NCBI RefSeq assembly: GCF_009914755.1
Contig: NC_060930.1
Origin: the human T2T-CHM13v2.0 reference genome, Homo sapiens
Length of the DNA stretch: 64,000 nt
Reading direction: 5' to 3' (one strand)
The number at the start of each line of letters is the position of its first letter. The first letter of the stretch is position 1. Shown here one piece after another: positions 1-14,520 of the stretch. The notes below the pieces were generated by a model that did no database searches, had not been told where the DNA came from, and worked only from the letters and a program-made list of their open reading frames with translations. The translations under genes and the position numbers were made by a program.

Positions 1-3068
<3,068 letters not shown>

Positions 3069-3130
3069 TATGATGCTAGCTGGTTATTTTGCAATTAGTT
3101 GATGCAGTTTCTTCATAGTGTTGATGGTCT

Positions 3131-4158
3131 TTACATTTTGGCATGTTTTTGCAGTCGTTGGTGCCAGTTTTGCCTTTCCATGTTTAGTGCTTCCTTCAGG
3201 AGCTCTTGTAAGGCAGGACTGATGATAACAAAATCTCTCAGCACTTGCTTGTCTGTAAAAAATTTATCTCTACTTTGCTTTTGAAGCTTAGTTTGGCTGA
3301 ATATAAAATTCTGGGTTGAAAATTCTTTTATTTAAGAATAAATAAATTTGAATATTGACCCACACTCACTTCTGGCTTGTAGATTTTCTGCATAGAGATC
3401 CACTGTTAGTCTAACGGGCTTCCCATTTTGGGTAATGTGACCTTTCTCACTGGCTGCCCTTAATATTTTTTTCTTCATTTCAACGTTGGTGAATCTGATA
3501 ATTATGTGTCTTGGGGTTGCTCTTCTCGAGGAGTATCTTTGTGGTGTTCTTTGTATTTCCTGAATTTGAATTTTGGCCTGTCTTGCTAGGTTGGGGAAGT
3601 TCGCCTGGACAATATCCTGCAGAGTGTTTTCCAACTGGGTTCCATTCTCCCCGTCACTTTAAGTTACACCAATCAAATGTAGGTTTTGTCTTTTCACATA
3701 GTCCCATATTTCTTGGAGGCTTTGCTCATTCCTTTTCATTCTTTTTTGTTTAATCTTGTCTTCATGCTTTATTTAATTAAGCTGATCTTCAATCTCTGGT
3801 ATCCTTTATTCCGCTTGATGGGTATGGCTATTGATGCTTGTATATTCTTCACAAAGTTCTCGTGCTGTGTTTTTCAGCTGCATCAGGTCATTTATATTCT
3901 TCTCTAAACTGGTTATTCTTGTTAGCAAATCCTCTAACCTTTTTTCAAGGTTCTTACCTTCCTTGCATTGGGTTAGAACATGCTACTTTAGCTTGGAGGA
4001 GTTTGTTATTACCCACCTCTGAAGCCTACTTTTGTCAGTTTGTCAAACTCATTCTCCATCCAGTTTTGTTTCCTTGCAGGTGAGGAGTTGTGATCCTTTG
4101 GAGAAGAGGTATTCTGGTTTTTATACTTTTCACCCTTTTTGCACTGGTTTTTCTTCAT
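3131..4158 (-). pseudogene. Disrupted L1 ORF1
   Basis: ATG at 4158 after AAATCCACAAAA; stop context CATGCCAAAATGTAA at 3131; ORF 3332..3634 matches ORF1p. Confidence 0.85.
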
Positions 4159-4678
4159 TTTTGTGGATTTATCTACCTTTGGTTATTGACGTTGGTGATC
4201 TTAGGATGAGGTTTTTGTGTGGACATCCTTTTTGTTGATGTTGATGCTATTCCTTTTTGTTTGTTAGTTTTCTTTCTAACAGTCAGGCCCCTCTGCTGCC
4301 GGTCTGCTGGAGTTTGCTGGAGGTCCACTCCAGACCCTGTTTGCAAGGGTATCACCAATGGAGGCTGCAGAACAGCAAAGATTACTGCCTGTTTTTTCCT
4401 CTGAAAGCTTCGTCCCAGAGGGACACCTGACAGATGCCAGCCAGAGCTCTCCTGTATGAGGTGTCTGTTGACCACTCCTGGGAGGTGTCTCCTAGTCAGG
4501 AGGCATGGGGGCCAGGAACCCACTTGAGGAGGCAGTCTGTTTCTTAGCAGAGCTCAAGCGCTGTGCTGGGAGATCCACTGTTCTTTTCAGAGCCAGCAGG
4601 CAGGAACGTCTAAGTTGGCTGAAGCTGTGCCCACAGCCACCCTTTTCCCCAGGTGCTCTGTCCCAGGAAAATGGGAGT

Positions 4679-4680
<2 letters not shown>

Positions 4681-4713
<33 letters not shown>
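4681..4713 (+). repeat. (GTT)11 microsatellite
   Basis: Direct reading; explains the poly-Leu and poly-Asn ORFs. Confidence 0.97.
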
Positions 4714-5000
4714 GGTTTTGAGACAGAGTTTCACTCTTGTTGCCCAGGCTGGAGTGCAATGGCATGATCTCAGCTCACTGAACCTCTGCCTACTGGGTTC
4801 AAGAGATTCCCCTGCCTCAGCCTCCTGAGTAGCTGGGATTACAGGCAACTGCCACCACGCCAAGCTAATTTTTGTATTTTTAGTAGAGATGAGGTTTCAC
4901 CATGTTAGCCAGTCTAGTCTCGAACTCCTGACCTCAGGTGATCCACCTGCCTCGGCCTCTCAAATTCCTGGGATTACAGATGTGAGCCATTGTACCCAGC
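4681..5000 (-). mobile_element. AluS (Sq-like) inserted in the L1 5'UTR; tail converted to (AAC)n
   Basis: GAGTTTCACTCTTGTTGCCCAGG...CTCAGGTGATCC; TSD TGGGAGTTT at 4672-4680 and 5001-5009. Confidence 0.9.
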
Positions 5001-5879
5001 TGGGAGTTTTATCTGTATGCCCCTGACTGGGGCTGCTGCCTTTCTTTCAGAGCTGCCCTGCCCAGAGAGGAGGAATCTAGAGAGGCAGTCTGGCTACAGC
5101 AGCTTTGCAAAACTGCGGTGGGCTCTGCCCAGTTAAAACTTTCTGGTGGTTTTGTTTACACTGTGAGGGTGAAAAATGTCTACTCAAGCCTCAGGAATGG
5201 CAGATACCCCTCCCCCACCAAGCTCAAGCACCCCAGGTCAACTTCAGACTGCTGTGCTGGCAGCCAGAATTTCAAGTCAGTGGATCTTAGCTTGCTGGGC
5301 TCCATAGTGATAGGATCTGCTGAGCTAGACCATTTGGCTCCCTGGATTCAGCCCCCTTTCCAGGGTAGGGAATGGTTCTGTCTTGCTGGCATTCCAGGTG
5401 CCACTGGGGGTATGAAAAAAAAATAAAAATAAAAAAAACTCCTGCAGCTAGCTCGGTGTCGGCCCAAAAGGCCACCCAGTTTTGTGTTTGATACCCAGAG
5501 CCCTGGTGGTGTAGGCACCTGAGGGAATCTTCTGGTCTGTGAGTTGTGAAGACCATGGAAAAAGTGTAATATCTGGGCTGGGATGCACTGTTCCTCACAG
5601 CACAGTCCCTCACAGCTTTCCATGGCTAGAAGAGGGAGTTCCCCAACCCCTTGTGCTTTCCAGGTGAGGCAATGCCCCACCCTGCTTTGGCTCACCCTCC
5701 ATGGGCTGCACCCACTTTCTAACCAGTTCCAGTGAGATAAAACCGGGTACCTCAGTTGGAAATGCATAAATCACCCACCTTCTGCATTGATCTCGCTGGG
5801 AGCTGCAGACCAGAGCTGTTCCTATTTGGCTATCTTGCCAGCCACCCTTGAGTCCTCTAGGAATCCCTTTTTATCATTA

Positions 5880-6082
5880 ACATACATTGAACATTTACAA
5901 CAGTTCCAAGGACTATACTTTGCATGTTTTAACTCATTTAATGCTCAAAATAACTCCATTATTGTCCCCATTTGTACAAATAAAGTACCAACTGAAGGTC
6001 AAAGAGCTTGAATAAATTGCTTTAGGTCACATAGCTAAAAAGTCTGAAATCAAATATAAATTCAGTCAATCTGACTCCAGAT
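5880..6082 (-). mobile_element. MIR fragment
   Basis: AACTCATTTAATGCTCA...CCCCATTTGTACA...GGTCACATAGCTA...TCTGACTCCAGA resembles the reverse complement of the MIR core. Confidence 0.65.
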
Positions 6083-6697
6083 ATTGTTTATCCATAAAAA
6101 TATATACAGCCTCGGAATTGTTCATTGGTACTAGACTTCTTCAAGAAAGTTCGTTGCATTTTTTTGAGAGTGAACAGAGTGCCTTCAGAAATAGCGGCCT
6201 TATTAAAATATGATTTATTTTTGTTCTTCCTAAGTCAGTGTATATGGAGTCTCTAATTGGCTGGAGACAAGTTTTCAAATTCACTGGGAAAACTTTTGTT
6301 GCTACCCAAAGATTCCTGTCCAACCTTTATGCTAATCTTTCTGTTGGGCTTATTGTTTTAACTTATGGCTTTAAAATATGCAAAAATACAAGTGCATACT
6401 TCCATGCTAATATATTTTCCTGTTATATCTCCCAACCATTCCCAGAATGCCTGGGACAAACAAGCACTAAATACTGCCTTAATATGAAAGAGATTTTCAT
6501 AGAGGAAAGAGATTTTCTGAGGCTAGTGTGGAGGTTACTTATCCCAACTTCAGCTCAATAGATATGGCAAAATGTTTACAAATTTCATATCTATAACAAT
6601 TGTAAACATGTATTTTAAAATGTATAGTTAATAAAATAATGTATAGTTAAATACATTTTATAATTAAATGGATTTTAAGTCTCATATTTTATATTGT

Positions 6698-7058
6698 TTG
6701 ATTAGTCTGTTTTCACATTACTGATAAAGACTTACCTGAGATTGGATAATTTATAAAGAAAAAGAGGTTTAATCAACTCACAGTTCCATGTGGCTAGGGA
6801 GGCCTCACAATCATGGTGGAAGGCGAAAGGCATGTCTTATATGGCAGCAGGCAAGAGAGAATGAGAACCAAGAGAAAAGGGTTTCCTCTCATAAAACCGT
6901 AAGTTATCGTGAGACTTATTCACTATGACAAGAACAGTATGGGGGAAAGGACCCCATGATTCAATTATCTCTCACTGGGCTCTTCCCACAACATATGGGA
7001 ATTATGGGAGCTACAGTTCAAGATGAGATTTGGGTGGGAACATAGCCAAACAATATCA
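6698..7058 (-). mobile_element. THE1 (B/C-like) solo MaLR LTR
   Basis: ATTAGTCTGTTTTCAC...GAGATTTGGGTGGGAACATAGCCAAACAATATCA; flanks ATTGT/ATTCT form a probable TSD. Confidence 0.9.
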
Positions 7059-8349
7059 ATTCTATACTATACATCTTTGTGTTGACAATACTTAGCCTGT
7101 TCTTTTTTTCATAGAAGGTGTTTTTGTTGATGATATTGACCTGTATGATATCTTCAACCCTTTATTCATCAAGAGGATATTGAGGACAGAAGTAAAATTG
7201 CAAGGAAGTTTATTTCTCACAGCAAAAAGAAAATGTTTGTTCAATATATAGTTCGACATCCCAGACTTTATACAGTTGGCCATGAATACAAAAATGTCGT
7301 TTTGAATCTTTAAATCATTAATTGACTACAATTTGAGTCCTATGTCTTTGAAAGAAAAAAACTCACACCCAAATGAAATCATTTCATAAAAAACAAGCAA
7401 GGTAATGATTATTTTTCTTCATTTGTTCAGGTCTTCTGAAGTTCCTCAGCTCACTTGTCTCAGCAGTGTCTGTATCCTTTAGTCCTCAATTATCGATGAA
7501 AAAAGGAGGTGCCACAAAGTGGATATTACTGTGAATAAGTCTGAATTCAGGGTATAGAAACACACATGTGTGTGCACACATACACACACACAGAACCTTG
7601 GGGAACTGTTTTTATTTTGTGGAAAACATACCTAATTGCAATGTTGTTTGCTTTGCCAGGTGCCATGTCCAATCATGCTCAAAGAAATCTTTCAGCTGCT
7701 CCTGGAAAGAGGGCTTGCTTATATAGTTGCTCTCTTATTGCTGCTAGCAATAAGCCCAATTTACCTTCTCAGTACATATCTCCTTTACCTATACTTGACA
7801 TTTCTTTCAAAGAGACAGCCTGATCCCTTGTGTATTTGTGAGCACTGTGTTTGTGTTTATTTGTGTTTCTGTATGTGTTTCCTTCACCTACTTTAACTCT
7901 TACGAAGATCAACAACCACTTAAAACATTCAACCATTTTTTGGTCTCCAAGTTCCTTCTCTTAGAGAGAACATTTGGCTGCAGCTGTTTTCTTTCTGCAA
8001 AGCTCTATTATGCTTAAAGTTCATAGTTGAATAAGAAAATGCATTTCTAGAAATATGTTTTCTGGATTTTTATGTAATAGTAGTACACTCAAGCATTGTT
8101 CTTTTGCTGAATGCATGCAAATCTATAATGGAAAATATTTCATCAGTTTAGATGTTTATGCTTTCATATTAAAGATTTTTGTTAACCAGACAGAGGAACA
8201 AGGCCTAATATGGCAACATGCTCTGTTTAAGTAATAGTACTTGTCTTGATTATATGGCCTTTATTAAAATTCCCAGCTCCGTGAACATTACACAAAACAT
8301 TTTTTGCCAGATTTCTAGATGCCTCTGACATAAAATAATCAAGACTCAA

Positions 8350-8432
8350 GTGTATGCATGTATGTGTGTATGCATGTGTATGTATAGTGATTCTATATAT
8401 ATATATAATATATATATATATAAAATATATAA
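8350..8432. repeat. TG/TA low-complexity repeat
   Basis: Direct reading. Confidence 0.85.
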
Positions 8433-8763
8433 TCCATCTGAAGACATGCATTTGGAAACATCAAATCCAAGCTACCAGGCTTATGTAAATCCAGATAAGG
8501 AACAACCAATTTCTCAGAACTTGTTAAAATATCTGAACTTAAGTGAACTTCATAGTTCTTAAATTTTTTTATTTTTCCAGTCTTACTGATATTTTTAAAA
8601 TTTAATCATTATAAACTCCAATAGCAGAAAAACAAATATTATCTTTTACAATAAATAACAGAAGTGAATCTATATAGATCTAGGGTACTCATGGGGTTCA
8701 TTCTCTTTGGCGCATTCATAAAAACCTGAAATCTGAAATTGTGTGACTTTGAAGGACACTATG

Positions 8764-8802
8764 TCTATCTATCTATCATCTATCTATCTATCATCTACCT
8801 AT
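8764..8802 (+). repeat. Imperfect (TCTA)n tetranucleotide
   Basis: TCTATCTATCTATCATCTATCTATCTATCATCTACCTAT. Confidence 0.85.
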
Positions 8803-8945
8803 TTCCAATTGTTTAAAATTTCTCTTACCCAATTTATTAAAAATTCATTTTTACTAGTGAGTAGGCACCTATTAGGGCAGGAATTATGTATTATCTCTAT
8901 TTATTATTACACATCCTGGGCCTAAGTGCAAAGTAAATATTTATT

Positions 8946-9037
8946 GAAGAAAAGAAGGAGAAAGTAAAGAAGGGAAGAAGAAGGGAAGGAGGTAGGGAAG
9001 AATGGAAAGCAGGGTGGGAAGTAAGGGAAGGAAGAAA
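8946..9037 (+). repeat. Purine-rich (GGAA-like) low-complexity tract after an L2-like 3' end
   Basis: AAATATTTATTGAA followed by a GA-rich run. Confidence 0.65.
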
Positions 9038-9119
9038 TGTATTAACTATTTTTGTTGTTGTTGTTCCTTTCCTAGACCTTATCAGTATACAAAATAGAAT
9101 GGCTGCTACAGAGTAGGTA

Positions 9120-9540
9120 CCAGAAGTGTCCACTATGGACAATAGAAGGCTTTGCAGTTTGGGTACTATAGGAAGAAAACATTGAGACAGAGTTGGTTGT
9201 ACAACTCTTTTTATTAAGAAGTTACATCAGCAAAAGAAGGGGAAGAAGAAGGGATGGTTAGATGTGACAGAGGCTGTATCCCCCACAAGGAGCTCTAGAG
9301 TAAATGTTGCCTGTTAGAGGAGTTCTATTTCAGGTGCACATGGCTAAGCCCTTGGACCACTGCCTTGTTCAATCACTGGCTGGCAGCCACTCTAAGAAGA
9401 CTGGTACCTCGGCTTGAAATCTGAGGCTGACGATAAAGAAGCTGATAGCTGGAGGCTGTTTGATAACCACGCTCCTTGCAGCTAGCATTTCTTTTCTTAA
9501 ACGGGGATGTGGAAGACACATCTCTGTATCTTCTACATCA
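9120..9540. mobile_element. Ancient ERVL/MaLR-class LTR remnant (family uncertain)
   Basis: TCAATCACTGGCTGGCAGCC...GCTGATAGCTGGAGGCTG...GGGGATGTGG...TCTTCTACA resembles old LTR ends. Confidence 0.4.
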
Positions 9541-10170
9541 GGTATGGACAAGTTTCCTTCATTATGGAAAGCAACCTAAGATATACCAACTTGTCCCTCT
9601 CAAATAACCAGCTCTAAATAAGAAGGGAATATAATGCTCTCCGAGAAAAGTGTAAAAAAGGGAACTCATGCAAAGGAATCTGTTTGTTTGTCAGTCTTTA
9701 CACTGCATTTCTGTATGTTTCTACTTTGCTTATTAGGGGGATTCACAACAAATGCATCTCTGATTTTTTGTAATTGAAAGCATAACTGATCAATATTAAA
9801 GAAAACACATCTCTATTCTTTATAAAAAATAAGAATTTTTTATAAAGGATTCAAATGGATATCACTTGGTGAAACTTAAATGAGTTAATATCTTTGTTTC
9901 TCTTATTACCTTCCTTTTTGTAGGTTTCCATGGGAATCTTTGAAAAGCAACTGACTACAGCTGAATCTATATGTGTTCTAACAAGATCAGATTCAATTAA
10001 AGATCTGATGCATCTGCTCCTCGTGGTTTATGAAAAAAATCAACATGAATTTATTGAATAATTAATATGTACAGATTATGCAAACTGTGAGAAATTCAAA
10101 AACTGAGGAAGCTCCTGCCTGTGTTTTCGTATCACAATGAGAACTGAAGCTAGGCATGTATTCACCAACA

Positions 10171-10645
10171 TGAGGTAGGAGAGAAAATATTTTTCACCCA
10201 TCACAAGGTTCATGGCTGAGGCTTTTACAACAAAAGACAAATTAACAACAAAAAAATAGGATAACCAAATTTATTTAACGTAAGTTTTATATGAAACAAA
10301 GCCTTCAGAATTGAACATGGAAAGAACCAGGGAAAACTGTGCATTTTTACAGAAAGTCATACAAAAGTGTGATTGGAGCACAAAAGAGTATGATCTAAGG
10401 ATAATAAACTGGGGTAAACTTAACAAGGCCTGTTTGTTCAGATTCTTCTTGGACTCTCCGTGTGACATTTCTTCTCTCCTGTAGTAAGACAGGACATCTG
10501 TCACATGAGGTTCTTTAGGAGAGAGGGGAGGGACAAAGTTAGAGAGACCTTCCCGCTTCTGCAGTTTTCTCAATTTATTTCAGCTTTAAAATACTCAGTA
10601 TGGCAAGATTCCACATTTTGGGGTGGCATTTTCTATACCCCATTA
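10171..10645 (-). mobile_element. MER34/MER39-family (ERV1/MER4 group) solo LTR
   Basis: Reverse complement begins GGGGTATAGAAAATGCCACCCCAAAATGTGG...GCTGAAATAAATTGAGAAAACTGCAGAAG, typical of MER34-group LTR 5' ends. Confidence 0.7.
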
Positions 10646-10789
10646 ATGACAAACTTGAGTATCCTAGTTTATTTTTTCCCCAACTGAAATTGTTTTTTAT
10701 AATCTCAGAAAAAAAAAAAACTGCTAGGCATGGGGTATGTGAAAATGGAAGTTAAAATGACAGTATTGTAGACAGTTGGCCAGCAAGTG

Positions 10790-12500
10790 ATTCAGTATCT
10801 CAATGAATTATTATAAATTGAGTATCTACAACGTGCCATTAACTATGATAGAATCCTAGGACACAGAAATTGACAACGTAGAAGATATCCTTCCATTCGC
10901 TGAACTTATACATGACCAAACTAATAATTCTGAAGAATTAGAAGAGCTAAGAATGAAATGAAAGAGGAAATGTTATAAAGAGTAAATATAGTAGAACTGG
11001 GAAGCCAAGAGCAGGAAAATTTTATGTAGGATGATCAATCAAGAACATTTTGAAGAAATGTAATTTGACTTGAGATCTGAGAGGTGAACAAACAATAAAT
11101 TGAACTTTTTGGGGGAGAATATTAAAAAGAAAAGATAACCAGAAAGAAAAATTACAAAGTTTCTGAGAGAGAAGTAAGTTTAGCTGGTTCTAGAAATATG
11201 TGGTACACTAGAAATACAATACAAGACACATATGTAATCTTAAATTTGTTAGGAGACATTTAAAGAGTAAAATTAAAGTGGTTCAATTACAATAATACTA
11301 AATTTTGTCTTATTTTATGTAATATACCCTAAACAGCATTTCTACATATAATCAAATTAAATATTAATGAAAATATTTTACTTTAATTTTTTATACTAAG
11401 GTTTAAAAATATGCTACATATTTTAGACTTACAAAGTGAATTCAAATTAGAATATTTAGATATGGTGATTGTATTTTAAGTAATCATAGTCATTTGTGAC
11501 TCATAGCTACCATATAGGATGGTGTGATTATAGAGACTGAAAGAAGGCTACTGTTTCTCGATGGCGTCTAAGAAAGTGTATTGAGAGGAATTTGGAGCTA
11601 AAAATAGTATATAAAGCAAGCAGGGCCTTCTAGGCAGTGGCATTGCATTTATATCATATTCAAATTACAACGGGAAGTCATTAGAGGGTTTTAAGAAAAA
11701 AACTGACCTGATATAATAACCGCTATTAATAGACTGTGCATGCTGTGTAGAAAATAGCCTGTAAAGGGTACAAGAGTAGATGCAGAAAAAACAGTTACAG
11801 TCTTCTTTGAGCTACATTGGCAGCATAAGCAGTGGACATATATGGGAAAGATATGGATATGTGTTTTGGAGGTAAAAGCCCACCGGACTGAATTCAACCA
11901 GAGAGATCAGATATAGGGCAAGCATAAAGAGAAGAATTAAGAATGACTCTTTTTGTTTGTTTGTTTGTTTGTTTTATTGTTGTTGTTATTCTTTATTTTT
12001 GCAGCGGCAAGTGGATGGTGGTAGCATAAACTGAAATAAGAAAGACTTGAAGTTTCAGAGGACAGAAATGGAAATTCCCATGGGTTATGTAAAATTTGAA
12101 ATGACAGACACAGTTCAAAATTATGAGTAAACAAGTTGTTTTATTAGAGTGGAATTCAGATTTTGAGAGTGTCAGTGTATAGTTATTATTTAAAGTTAAG
12201 AGACAATGACATTACCTAGAAAAGGAAAGAAAAGGAGCAGAAAGGGAGAGAGGAGAAGATAAAGGATTAGGTGAGGGGAGGAGAGGAGAAGGGCTGACAA
12301 TGCCTAAAACAAAAGGCAGAAAATTAGGAGGACAAAGGCTGTTTTCACAGACAGGTAGTCCCAAAAGCCTAGTTGGTATGCTATAGAGAGAGACAGGAGG
12401 TGAAGAAATGGAGATAGCAGTACAAATACTATTTACAAGGAGTCTATTTAAAAAGCTGAGAAACAAGGCAGGAATTGGAAGGGGAATGTGCAATGAAGGG
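10790..12500 (-). mobile_element. L2 fragments, interrupted by a DNA transposon
   Basis: Degenerate L2 3' region motifs (GAGATCTGAGAGGTGAA, GGGAAGTCATTAGAGGGTTTTAAG, AGATTTTGAGAGTGTCAG). Confidence 0.65.
11200..11530 (-). mobile_element. MER33-like hAT-Charlie MITE
   Basis: TAGAAATACAATACAAGACACATATGTAATCTTAAATTT...GTGACTCATAGCTACCATATAGGA. Confidence 0.6.
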
Positions 12501-13075
12501 AGAGCATTTTCTAAATAATTATTTAATTAAGGTTGAGAATCTGAGATTAAGCCAGTTTAATCAATTTACCCAAACTCTCACAGTACATAGTGAAACCAAG
12601 TTGCAAATGCAGATATTTCTGACAGCAAGGGCCAGAACCTCATGCATGTTATAGTGCATTTTATAACGCCTCTTGGGGAGGAAAGCTGAATTTTGGAAAG
12701 CCAATATCTTTTAAATGTAGTGGTATCAAGTAAGAGGTATTGATTAGTCTCAGTGATAAGAAGTTGACTTAAGACTGGAATTATGAGAAGAAGGAAAGGG
12801 CTGATGAAAAATACATTACCAACAAAATAAGACCCCAACAAAGATGAGGCTGAGCCTCATGAATATGGGAATAAGGAATAGTCAAAGGTGACTCAGGGCT
12901 TATAAGTTCCCATACATAGAAAAATATGGTGGTCTGCATCTACCATGAATTTGGCTTTCATATGATGTTCAATTTAATTAATACATTCCATCACAATCCC
13001 TCATCTGCTTTTTGGATCTAAATGGTTTTTCACACCTCAGCTGACTAATGATGATTTTGAGCTATCGTTTGGCAG

Positions 13076-13094
13076 CACTGCCCCCTAGTTGTTT
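13076..13094 (-). promoter_or_regulatory. Candidate CTCF motif
   Basis: Minus strand AAACAACTAGGGGGCAGTG against core CCACTAGGGGGCAG (1 mismatch); motif only, no binding evidence. Confidence 0.4.
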
Positions 13095-13399
13095 CAGGAT
13101 TTTTTGTAAAAACATGCTTGACTTTCTAATGTATTTTCCAGAAATCTCTTACGTACGAAAGCAAGTTGATCCTTTTAAGTAAAATATTGGCAAAAACAAT
13201 GAACAGGAAAAGTTCAAAAGAAAAGATAATAAGCTTAGTTTTATAAAATTATATTCTGATATGACAGCAGATTTAACTTGAAATATGTAGACATATTCAT
13301 GTGCCAGTTATCAGCACAGCTCTCAAGATGGCCAGGATAGCACATGATAATGCAAAACTTAAATACTAGCCAGTTAACCTTGTAAAATTTAACAGGTTT

Positions 13400-13560
13400 T
13401 ATTGAAAAATCTCAGAGCGGTAGCTATTTTTATTTTATTTCATAGACAAGGGGACAAAGGTCTCTGCCAGTGATTTGGTCAAAATCTCTTAGCTACTAAG
13501 TGGCACAGCCAGGATTCAACCCAGTTAGGGTTTATAGCAAAGCATGTACTCTCAGCAATA
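13400..13560 (-). mobile_element. MIR fragment
   Basis: TTTCATAGACAAGGGGACAAAGG...TAAGTGGCACAGCCAGGATTCAACCCAG. Confidence 0.55.
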
Positions 13561-14392
13561 ACATGGATGTGGCTTCTGAGAAAGTACTTGAGAGGTACAA
13601 CCCAGTGATCATCTATGTAGCTTCTTCATGGTAGCTTTTGTAGTATCTCTGTAGTGTGCAGATTCTGTTGCAGGGCACATTGCTGCTACTTTTCAGGGGC
13701 TAGAGGAATGGAAGATTGTAGTGTTTATTTTAAAGGAGAGATAGTTATACATAAGAACAATAAAAGAGAGGAAACAGGGATATTAATTCTCAACAGATCA
13801 GTGAAATTTGCTAGAGACCATAAATATGTATGATGCAAAAATATTTTCCATCTAACAAGGGCTGTACTCTTTGCCCCACCACCACTCTGAGTTTAATTAT
13901 TGCTAGTGGCTTCTTTGTTGTTTGCTTTCATTTTAGTATTGCAACTTTGCAATTACCTGCCAATCCTTCATCTGTGTTTGTTTTTTGTTTTTTGTTTTTG
14001 TTTTATTTTGGAATCGTCTTCAATCTTATTGCATCCACTCGTATGACAGATGAAGCAAGTCCAGGCCCCACACAAGGACTCAAAAGATGCTCTAATGTCT
14101 TTGGACTTGTTGGTTGAGTAACCATGTTAATGATAACTTTGAGCAAAGTTAATGCAATATTTTGTGCCCCCCAAAACATTTTTGAGTTTCTAATTTTGTA
14201 AACAATTTTTCATCTTCTTTAGGGCGTAGTAGCCGTTTATTTTCATGAATGTTGAAAAATGATACATTTTTAGATGTACCACAAGATTATAGTTCAAATT
14301 CTAGTTCAACACTAAGAAATTCTGAATATATTTGTAGAGAGAGGTCATAGACCCAACCATACAAATTGAAAGTAAAGGTTCAGCAATTGAAG

Positions 14393-14520
14393 TAATTCAT
14401 TCATTCATCCAATGAGTCAACATTTATCTCAAGTCTGCTGTGGCCTTGACAAAGGGTTGAATGCTGAAGATGCAGTAATGAATAAACACACATACTCTAA
14501 TAGCTAATAAGTATTATGAA
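14393..14520 (-). mobile_element. L2 3' end
   Basis: ATTCATTCATTC...CAACATTTAT...GCTGAAGATGCAGTAATGAATAA. Confidence 0.55.
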
